Shown piece after piece: positions 1-10,860 of a stretch of DNA of 10,974 bases (the first letter of the stretch is position 1; each line of letters starts with the position of its first letter). The stretch is from Myxococcota bacterium (GTDB taxonomy: Bacteria; Myxococcota; JACRCW01). The stretch covers positions 1-10,974 of the forward strand of contig JBFMGU010000324.1 in the NCBI GenBank assembly GCA_040752415.1, in the 5' to 3' direction. Position numbers and translations under genes: made by a program. Below the pieces are notes generated by a model. It saw only the letters and a program-made list of their open reading frames with translations, had not been told where the DNA came from and searched no databases.

Positions 1-1
1 C

Positions 2-892
2 GCCGTCACGCCACACCACCGGCGTCCCCACGCACCCGCCGTCCTGCGCGCCCGCCCGGTACACCGTGACCCGACCCAGGCTGCGCGTGCGCCACGGCGC
101 GTGCGTGCTGTCCCGGATCTCGGCAATGACCTCGTAGTCCGCCAGGTCCTCTCCGGCGGAGATGTCCACGTCAAAGCCGTTCTCCACGTCGTCCTCGGAG
201 AGCCCCTGCGCCACCAGCACCGGCTCCTGCTGGCTGAAGGACTTCTTCAGGTACAGGTCGATGATCGCGTCGTCGTCGGGGTCGTCGTCCACCCAGCGGG
301 CACGGAAGCAGGTGTCCACCAGGTCGCCCACGCCGTCTGGCTCCGTCACCAGCATGGCCGGCGGCACGTTCTGGCCCGGCTTGCGCACCCGCACCACGCC
401 GCGGCTGCGCGCAAAGCGCACGTTGCCGCCGCCGCCGTCCGGGTAGTGATCGTCAACGACACCGAGGATGAAGTAGTTCCCCTCCGCCACCGCGCTGACG
501 TCCCACGCGTAGCAGTCATTGTCCGGGTTGCACGCGCCCGCATCCGCGTAGGAGCGACAGTACAGCTCCGTCAGATCCCCGCCCGCGTCGGCGGCGCCGG
601 TGTAGACGGGGCCGGCGTCGGATGGGTCGCAGTCCTCGGGGAGGCCGGCCACCAGCGCCTGGGCCTGCGCCGGCACGTCCGGGTCCGAGGAGAAGCTGAA
701 GGCGATGTTGGCGTCGTCGTCGGGGTCGGCGTCAATCCACCGCAGCTCCGCCACGCCCTCGGCATCCATGATCTGCGCCGGGCCGGGCCGGTCAATGTTG
801 AGGAAGGGAACCCCCGCGCCGCCATGCGCCCAGGCCCCCGCGCCCCCCAGGGTCCCCAGCACCAACGCCAACGCAACACTGTGCTTCTTCAC
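2..892 (-). CDS. Secreted hypothetical protein with two acidic beta-sandwich-like repeats; 3' end lies beyond the window (>297 aa)
   Basis: Translated by hand (absent from the ORF track because it has no stop in the window). GTG at 892 gives MKKHSVALALVLGTLGGAGAWA|HGGAGVPFLNIDRPG..., a Sec signal peptide with an AWA cleavage site. The frame stays open to the edge with high GC3. Internal repeat: LRWIDADPDDDANIAF vs ARWVDDDPDDDAIIDL. Confidence 0.88.
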   Translation of the reverse strand, partial: MKKHSVALALVLGTLGGAGAWAHGGAGVPFLNIDRPGPAQIMDAEGVAELRWIDADPDDDANIAFSFSSDPDVPAQAQALVAGLPEDCDPSDAGPVYTGAADAGGDLTELYCRSYADAGACNPDNDCYAWDVSAVAEGNYFILGVVDDHYPDGGGGNVRFARSRGVVRVRKPGQNVPPAMLVTEPDGVGDLVDTCFRARWVDDDPDDDAIIDLYLKKSFSQQEPVLVAQGLSEDDVENGFDVDISAGEDLADYEVIAEIRDSTHAPWRTRSLGRVTVYRAGAQDGGCVGTPVVWRDG

Positions 893-900
893 GGGGCGGG

Positions 901-909
901 AACCTAGCA
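901..909 (-). promoter_or_regulatory. Possible extended -10 element (TGCTAGGTT) for a leaderless transcript of the 892 gene
   Basis: TGnTAnnnT lies 8 nt upstream of the GTG start, and no Shine-Dalgarno sequence is present there. Confidence 0.3.
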
Positions 910-933
910 GCAGCCCGGCGCGCAAACCCGAGG

Positions 934-1101
934 TCAGCGGGCGACGGGAGGAGCGGGCTTGGGAGGTGGTTGGCTTGGCGTATTGGCGGCGGCCTTGCGC
1001 GCACGCACGTACGCCGCGCCGACCATCACCGGCCCCACCAGGGACAAGGCAAGCTGGAGCGCTTCATGGTGCTGCGTCTGCGCGGGTTCAAACGTGGCCA
1101 T
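934..1101 (-). CDS. Candidate 55-aa single-pass membrane protein
   Basis: MATFEPAQTQHHEALQLALSLVGPVMVGAAYVRARKAAANTPSQPPPKPAPPVAR*: a hydrophobic segment, then RARK, then a Pro-rich tail. 42 of 55 codons end in G/C. RBS is weak. Confidence 0.4.
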   Translation of the reverse strand: MATFEPAQTQHHEALQLALSLVGPVMVGAAYVRARKAAANTPSQPPPKPAPPVAR

Positions 1102-1256
1102 GGTGCCGGCGGCCTACCATGGTGCTCCGGGCGTGTCATCCCGGATGTTCGCGCCTCCGTCAGCGTGCGGAGGGCTACTGACAACGCGGGCGTGCTTCGC
1201 CATGGTGCGCCCCGGCGTGGGCTAGGCTCGCGGCCCCCTCACGCGGGAGACCTTCC

Positions 1257-1883
1257 ATGCAACGACGATTGGCAGCGGCGGTGGCCTTTGTTTGCGGCAC
1301 GGTGCTGACGTGCACCGCGGGCCCGCCGTTCCCCTTCATGGCCGACGCGGGCCACGGCGGCGTCGACGCGGCCACCCCGGATCCCGGCCCGGAGCCCATC
1401 TACGACGGCGACGCGCAGGACGAGGTGTGGCGCGCTTTCGTCGACGCCAAGGGCCGCACCACCGACGACGCCACCGAGGGCAGCACCTTCCAGGTCCCCA
1501 CCGAGGGCCAGACGCTCACCCCCGCCACGCCGGTGACGTTCGTGTGGAACACTCCGCTCGCCTCGGCATTGCCTGCCACCGGCCCCGCCGTTCCGCTGCT
1601 GCGCGGCCCCGCCGGCCTGGGGGTCTTCTCGGTGGCGCACGCGCACGGCCCGGAGCTCACCGGGGACGCCAGCTGGCTCATCTTCCACATCCCCGGCCGT
1701 GACGACTTCACCGTGCTCACCACCAACGGCAGCTGGACGCCGGAGGCGGACGCGTGGGCCGCGCTGACGGCGCAGAGTGACGTCGAGATCACGGCGGAGA
1801 TCTACACCGCGTACTTCGAGCGCAACCGCATCACCGACGGTCCGTACAAGGCTCCGGGGGTGCGTCGCTTCCGGATCCAGTGA
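1257..1883 (+). CDS. Hypothetical exported protein/lipoprotein (208 aa) with an internal AHAHG motif
   Basis: GGGAGA SD at 1245-1250, ATG at 1257. Signal peptide MQRRLAAAVAFVCGTVLTC with a lipobox-like Cys, followed by a DAG linker. High GC3. Its stop overlaps the next start (TGATG). Confidence 0.88.
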   Translation: MQRRLAAAVAFVCGTVLTCTAGPPFPFMADAGHGGVDAATPDPGPEPIYDGDAQDEVWRAFVDAKGRTTDDATEGSTFQVPTEGQTLTPATPVTFVWNTPLASALPATGPAVPLLRGPAGLGVFSVAHAHGPELTGDASWLIFHIPGRDDFTVLTTNGSWTPEADAWAALTAQSDVEITAEIYTAYFERNRITDGPYKAPGVRRFRIQ

Positions 1884-3094
1884 TGACGCGCGGCTGGCAG
1901 CTTGCTCCGCTCCTGGCGCTGGCGGCGTGCGCTCCCACCACGACGGAGACGGCCGACGCCGGCGTGACGATCAGCTTCAGCCTCACCGAGCATTGGCCTG
2001 CGCCCACGGACTGGGACGGCTTTGGCGCGGGGATGCTGGTCACCACCAACAACTCCGACGACACCCTCACCTTCCTCTCCCTGGAGGACCAGGCCGAGCT
2101 CTTCGAGGCGCCCGTGGGCTTCCTGCCGCCCGAGACGGAGGGACCGCACCACGTCGCCTGCGACGAGGGCTGCGAGCACCTGTTCATCCCCATCAGCAAC
2201 TACGTGCCCGGCACCGGCAGCGGACCCCACGGCTCCCACGGCACCGGCAACGCGCGCGGACGGCTGCTGAAGGTGGATGCCCGCACGCTGTTGCCGCTGG
2301 ATTCCGTGGTGGTGGACCGCAGCCCCGGCGACATCCTGCTGGCCCACGACGGGAAGACGCTGTTTGTCTCCCACTACGACCTCGTGAAGGTGCAGGAGGT
2401 GCTCTCGCGGGGCGGGAGCCTGGCGGAGATGGCCAGCACGGTGGCGATTGTCGACGGGGAGACCATGGAGAAGCAGCCGCTGCTCCCGGTGTGTGCCGGC
2501 GGGCATGGCATGGTGCAGAGCCAGGACGGCAACACCCTTTACGTGGCCTGCGCGCTGGCGGACCAGGTTGGCGTGGTGGATCTCGCGAGCACGCCGCCCG
2601 TCGTCACCACGGTGGACGTGGGGGAGAGCCCCATCACCGGCCCCGACGCCACGCGCCATGAGCCCTACGCGCTGAGCATCCATCCTGTCGACGGGAAGTT
2701 GTGGGTGAGCTGCCTGAAGAGCCAGAGCCTGCGCATCTACGACCCCACCACCGGCACCTGGACCGCCGGCCCCACGTTCGACGCCAGCCCCATGTTCGGC
2801 TTCTTCAACAACGACGGCACGCGCTTCATGGTGCCCATCCGGGAGAGCGCGAGCGTGGCCCTCGTCGACACCACCACGCTGGAGCTGGCGCGCCCCATCC
2901 TCACCATGGGCCCGGAGACCTGCGAGAACGCACACGCCCTGGAGCCCTCCCCCGACGGGACCCACACGTTCCTGGTCTGCGAAGGCGATCACCGGGGCCC
3001 GGGCACGGTGGTCACGCTGGCCACGGCGGTGCTGGCGGTGGTGCGCGCCACGCCGGTGGGCGTCTACCCCGACGCCGTGAAGGTGGTCCGATGA
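1883..3094 (+). CDS. YncE/YVTN-like (probably seven-bladed) beta-propeller lipoprotein, His-rich
   Basis: Lipobox LAAC. Blade-like repeats: VTTNNSDDTLTFL, SPGDILLAHDGKTLFVS, GHGMVQSQDGNTLYVAC...DQVGVVD, AHALEPSPDGTHTFLVC, TPVGVYPDAV. Start is ATG 1883 (or GTG 1880), coupled to the upstream stop. Confidence 0.92.
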   Translation: MTRGWQLAPLLALAACAPTTTETADAGVTISFSLTEHWPAPTDWDGFGAGMLVTTNNSDDTLTFLSLEDQAELFEAPVGFLPPETEGPHHVACDEGCEHLFIPISNYVPGTGSGPHGSHGTGNARGRLLKVDARTLLPLDSVVVDRSPGDILLAHDGKTLFVSHYDLVKVQEVLSRGGSLAEMASTVAIVDGETMEKQPLLPVCAGGHGMVQSQDGNTLYVACALADQVGVVDLASTPPVVTTVDVGESPITGPDATRHEPYALSIHPVDGKLWVSCLKSQSLRIYDPTTGTWTAGPTFDASPMFGFFNNDGTRFMVPIRESASVALVDTTTLELARPILTMGPETCENAHALEPSPDGTHTFLVCEGDHRGPGTVVTLATAVLAVVRATPVGVYPDAVKVVR

Positions 3095-3819
3095 TGCGCG
3101 TCCTGGTTGCCACGCTGGTGCTGTTGGCCGGCGCCGGCATGAGTTGTGACGTCCCCGGCCCCTACCCTCGTCAGGTCACGGCGGTGGAGTACGGACGGGA
3201 GCTGTTCAACACCACGGCGCTCAGCAGCAGTCGGTTCAATGCGTTCTCGTGCGCCACCTGTCACGCCACGTCGTCGGAGGGACCGACGATGATTGCCGGT
3301 CGCAGTCTGGAGGGCGTGACCCAACGGACACGCTGGTTTGGCGGCATGGAGCGCGACCTGCTCTCCGCGGTGAACTTCTGCCTGGTGTACTTCATGCGCG
3401 GGGAGAGACTGGGCCGTGACGACGAGCGGGGGAAGGCCCTGTACGAATACCTGGCCAGCATCTCCCCGGGCCGGCCGCCCGACGGGCTGCGCTGGCGTCC
3501 CATGACGGTGGTGGGGAACGTTTCGGACGTGCCGAGGGGGGACCCGGGGCGGGGCGCGGTGGTGTACGCGGAGGCGTGCCAGTCCTGCCACGGCGCAATC
3601 CACGACGGAGCGGGCCGCCTCACCGAGCTGGCGCCGGTGCTGCCGGAAGTGCGCTCCGAGTACGACGCGCTGTTTCCTGGCGTGAGCCACGCGCTGGTGT
3701 TCGTGGAAAAGGTGCGCCACGGGCAGTTCTACGGCGTGGGAGGCAACATGCCGTTCTTTGCGCGGGAGACGCTTTCCGACGAGGACCTGGGCGCGCTGCT
3801 GACCTTCCTGGGGCTGTGA
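3091..3819 (+). CDS. Diheme c-type cytochrome lipoprotein, TsdA/SoxA-like architecture (242 aa)
   Basis: Two CxxCH motifs: CATCH (3250-3264) and CQSCH (3577-3591). Candidate distal ligands: Cys in AVNFCLVYFMRG and Met in GNMP. Signal peptide ends in GMSC. ATGA overlap with the propeller stop, so the real start is 3091, not 2701. Confidence 0.9.
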   Translation: MMRVLVATLVLLAGAGMSCDVPGPYPRQVTAVEYGRELFNTTALSSSRFNAFSCATCHATSSEGPTMIAGRSLEGVTQRTRWFGGMERDLLSAVNFCLVYFMRGERLGRDDERGKALYEYLASISPGRPPDGLRWRPMTVVGNVSDVPRGDPGRGAVVYAEACQSCHGAIHDGAGRLTELAPVLPEVRSEYDALFPGVSHALVFVEKVRHGQFYGVGGNMPFFARETLSDEDLGALLTFLGL

Positions 3820-3948
3820 AGCACGGATCCGTCGCAGAAAACGCTTGTGGACAGCGCCGCGGAAACATTATGAGGCCGCCTCCCGTGCGCGGGCCCGCGC
3901 GGTTCCGTCGACGGGGGATCACCTTTTTCCCAACAACGAGGAATGACA

Positions 3949-4311
3949 ATGGCGTCCAAGAAGGCAAGCAAGGCGGCCAAGGGCGGCAAGAGCGGCAAGG
4001 GCGGCAAGGCGCGCACCAAGAGCCAGGTGCTCACGGACCTCGCCACCGCCACCGGCCTGAGCCGCAAGCAGGTGGCCAGCGTGTTCGATAACCTGGCCAG
4101 CATCATCAAGCAGGACCTCTCCGGCCGCGGCGGCCCGGGCATCTTCACGCTGCCGGGTCTGCTCAAGCTGCGCCTGGTCCGCAAGCCCGCGGTTCCGGCG
4201 CGCAAGGGCATCAACCCCTTCACCAAGGAGCCCACGACGTTCAAGGCCAAGCCGGCCCGCAACGTGGTGAAGGCCTCCGCGCTGAAGGCGCTGAAGGACA
4301 TGGTGGCCTGA
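3949..4311 (+). CDS. HU/IHF-family DNA-binding protein, long type with a Lys-rich N-terminal extension (120 aa)
   Basis: TKSQVLTDLATATGLSRKQV, FTLPGLLKL and ARKGINPFTKE...KAKPARNVVK match the HU fold and its intercalating-Pro arm. SD GAGGA at 3938-3942 favours ATG 3949. Confidence 0.95.
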   Translation: MASKKASKAAKGGKSGKGGKARTKSQVLTDLATATGLSRKQVASVFDNLASIIKQDLSGRGGPGIFTLPGLLKLRLVRKPAVPARKGINPFTKEPTTFKAKPARNVVKASALKALKDMVA

Positions 4312-4327
4312 AAAGGTGACGCCATGA

Positions 4328-4370
4328 CGGGGTGCCGAGCGCGTCCAACACCTGGACCGCTCGCGCCCCG
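4328..4370 (+). terminator. GC-rich hairpin after the HU gene (possible terminator or stabiliser)
   Basis: CGGGGTG/CGCCCCG, CGAGCG/CGCTCG and GTCCA/TGGAC pair around an ACACC loop, 17 nt after the stop. No U-tract follows. Confidence 0.5.
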
Positions 4371-4543
4371 GCCTCCGTCCTCGGCGGTGCGCATCACGCT
4401 ACGCACTGCCACCGCGCCGACGCGCCACCAATCTTGCTGGGCGCGACGCGCTTGCTTCCCACCCCATCATTCTGCTTTGGCTTGGCGCCCATTTGCCGCC
4501 CGGGTCTGAAACTCCGCGTCCCGCCGGTGTTGGAGTCCACGCC

Positions 4544-6823
4544 ATGGTGTCCGTTGATACGTCCTCTCCGCTCTCCCGCACGCCCGAGCTTGAGCCGCTG
4601 GGCGCGCGCATTGTCCGCGCCGCGCTGCAGCGGGTGACTGTCGGCGCGCGCGCGGAGGCCATCCCGCTGGTGCAGCCGGGCGCCGGGTACGTCAGCGTCA
4701 AGGACGCGCTGCTGGTGTGGCTGCGCATCCCCGACGCCACGCTGCTGGACCTGGGCACGCTGGTGCAGGGCACGCACGGACAGCGGCTCATGGCGTTGCG
4801 CTACATCCTGGCCAACCAGGAGAGCTGGCACGCGCGCTTTGCGTGGAAGGCACCGCTGCAGGCCCTCCCGCTCGACGGGGATGCGCACGTGGCGCGCGTG
4901 GAGGAGCTCTTTGGCACCGTCAAGGCGCTGCGCGCGGAGCTGCTCTCCGACGTGGACGCGCACGCCGGCCTGGTGAGCGAGTTCCTGGGCGGCAACGTGG
5001 TCTCGTGTCTCACCGACGGGCTGGACAGCCCGGAGACCATGCGCTTCCTGCTGGTGATGAACGAGCGGGAGGAGCTCCGCACGCAGGTGCGCGCCATGGT
5101 GCGGGCCCGCGCGGGCGAGATGTTGCGCAAGGACCCGGTGGCGCTGGACCTGTTGTACCTGGCCACGGTGGACCTGCGGACCTACCCCGCCACGACGGTG
5201 AGCGCGGGCAGGCTCAAGTACGTCATCGTGGCGGACAAGGGGGAGATGGGCGTGCGCGCCGTGCGTGAGGCGGTGGCGCTGGGGAAGATTCCCGTGGTGT
5301 GCCACAGCCTGCAGGACGACGAGAACGCCCTGCAGGTCCGCCTGGCGCACAAGCACAAGGGCATCACGGTGGGCCTCAAGGGCACGTTCCGTGAGACGTA
5401 CGCCAACTTCGTCCAGATTGCCGACCGGGTCATCAAGACCTTCCAGCAGCGCTTTGGTGACCACTGGCGCACCGAGCTGGCGCAGGCGGCCATCTACCCC
5501 GGCTACGGCCCGCTGGCCGAGAACGCCTCCGCCATCCGCCACTTCCGCAACCACGGGCTCGTGTTCGTGGGTCCCATGCAGGATGTCGTCGAGAACGCGG
5601 GCGACAAGCGCACCTTCCGCTCCATCGTCCAGCAACTGGACCCCGGCGCGGTGACGCCGGGCATCACGCTCCAGTCCAGCAATCCCGCCGAGATCCTCCA
5701 GCGCATCGAGGACGCGCACCGCAACGGCGTGTTCGGCTTCCCCGGTCGACTCAAGGCCGCCAACGGCGGCGGCGGACGCGGCCAGGCCATTGTCCCGTCC
5801 GTCGAGGCGCTGCCCGCGGCAATCACCAAGGTGCTGGGCGAGATCAAGACCAATGGCTGGGATGACGGCGTCATGTTCGAGCAGAACATCCCGGAGACGG
5901 TGCACCTGGAGGTGCAGGTACTGCGCGACCGCTACGGGAACACGCGGCACTTCTCCATGCGTGACTGCACCGAGCAGCGCGCCAGCCAGAAGATCCAGGA
6001 GGAGGCGCCACCGGCGCTCTTGCGCGACAACCCCGCGCTGCAGCAGCGCATCCAGGAGCTGGCGGTGGGGATTGCCGACAAGGTGGGCTACGTGGGCGCG
6101 GGCACCATCGAGCTCATGTACAAGGACGGGAAGGTCTACTTCCTGGAGATGAACACGCGCATCCAGGTGGAGCACCCGGTGACGGAGGAGGTGCACGCCA
6201 TCCGTCGGGGAGACAAGCTGGAGCCGCTGAACCTGGTGCAGTGGCAGATGCGCATTGCCAACGGTGAGCCCATCGACTTCGCGCAGGATCAGCTGGTGCG
6301 CACGCACGTGGGCCGCGAGTTCCGCATCAACGCGGAGAGCTGGAAGGCGGACCTCAAGGACAGCCGCGACGGCGGCCTGGGCCTGTTCCTCCCCAACGCC
6401 GGCATCTTCGACGTCATCAAGCTCCCCAAGCCCACCGCGGTGCGCAAGGCGCTGGAGAAGCAGGGCGTGCGCGGCATCAAGGACCTCAAGGTCCGTTTTG
6501 ATTGCGGCTTCGAGCGCGGCGACACGCTGGTCAACAAGGACCCCACCTTCGGCAAGCTGATCATCTCGGTGGCCGCCGACGCGGATGCCTACGAGCTGCT
6601 CCGGCTCGCGTGCGTCGAGGTGCTGGAGGAGACGCACATCGAGGGGCGGCAGGTGCGTCCGGATGGCTCGGTGATCGACGACACCGAGTTCCAGACCAAC
6701 ATCCAGGACCACATCCGCATCCTGAAGAGCCCGCTGTTCAAGCAGCACAGCCAGAGCAAGGCCCCCACCCGTCACGTGAACTGGGTGGTGGCCGCGCTCC
6801 GCGCCAACGGCAAGGCCCGCTGA
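4544..6823 (+). CDS. Biotin carboxylase-family ATP-grasp enzyme with a ~223-aa N-terminal extension (759 aa)
   Basis: Motifs: VADKGEMGVRAVR, YPGYGPLAENA, LKAANGGGGRG, HLEVQVLRD, RDCTEQRASQKIQEEAP, YVGAGTIE, FLEMNTRIQVEHPVTE, FRINAE, VRFDCG. GGAG SD at 4532-4535 before ATG 4544. No biotinyl (AMKM) domain. Confidence 0.92.
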   Translation: MVSVDTSSPLSRTPELEPLGARIVRAALQRVTVGARAEAIPLVQPGAGYVSVKDALLVWLRIPDATLLDLGTLVQGTHGQRLMALRYILANQESWHARFAWKAPLQALPLDGDAHVARVEELFGTVKALRAELLSDVDAHAGLVSEFLGGNVVSCLTDGLDSPETMRFLLVMNEREELRTQVRAMVRARAGEMLRKDPVALDLLYLATVDLRTYPATTVSAGRLKYVIVADKGEMGVRAVREAVALGKIPVVCHSLQDDENALQVRLAHKHKGITVGLKGTFRETYANFVQIADRVIKTFQQRFGDHWRTELAQAAIYPGYGPLAENASAIRHFRNHGLVFVGPMQDVVENAGDKRTFRSIVQQLDPGAVTPGITLQSSNPAEILQRIEDAHRNGVFGFPGRLKAANGGGGRGQAIVPSVEALPAAITKVLGEIKTNGWDDGVMFEQNIPETVHLEVQVLRDRYGNTRHFSMRDCTEQRASQKIQEEAPPALLRDNPALQQRIQELAVGIADKVGYVGAGTIELMYKDGKVYFLEMNTRIQVEHPVTEEVHAIRRGDKLEPLNLVQWQMRIANGEPIDFAQDQLVRTHVGREFRINAESWKADLKDSRDGGLGLFLPNAGIFDVIKLPKPTAVRKALEKQGVRGIKDLKVRFDCGFERGDTLVNKDPTFGKLIISVAADADAYELLRLACVEVLEETHIEGRQVRPDGSVIDDTEFQTNIQDHIRILKSPLFKQHSQSKAPTRHVNWVVAALRANGKAR

Positions 6824-6833
6824 GCTCGACGGG

Positions 6834-10787
<3,954 letters not shown>

Positions 10788-10860
10788 GAACGACCCTCGG
10801 GGAGGCCGCCCAAGGGTCGTTGGCGCCCGAGGTCGTCTGCAAGCATTTTCTCGTCGGGGC

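Noticed and set aside
101..907. 268-aa plus-strand ORF and the other listed ORFs in this interval
   Set aside because: Shadows of the real minus-strand gene starting at 892.
1127..1182. Short inverted repeats (CCTCCG/CGGAGG, GTCAG/CTGAC)
   Set aside because: Stems of 5-6 bp are expected by chance at this GC content, and I recognise no riboswitch consensus.
2701..3090. N-terminal 130 aa of the 372-aa ORF
   Set aside because: It is an out-of-frame overlap with the propeller gene; the signal peptide begins at 3091.
1883..3819. Assignment as nosZ, nirS, mauG or tsdA
   Set aside because: There is no CuA domain, no heme c domain in the propeller, the cytochrome is too short and lacks MauG/CCP motifs, and the TsdA Arg motif is not retained, so no symbol was given.
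4394..6775. 793-aa minus-strand ORF
   Set aside because: Antisense shadow of the carboxylase gene, typical of high-GC3 DNA, with no motifs.
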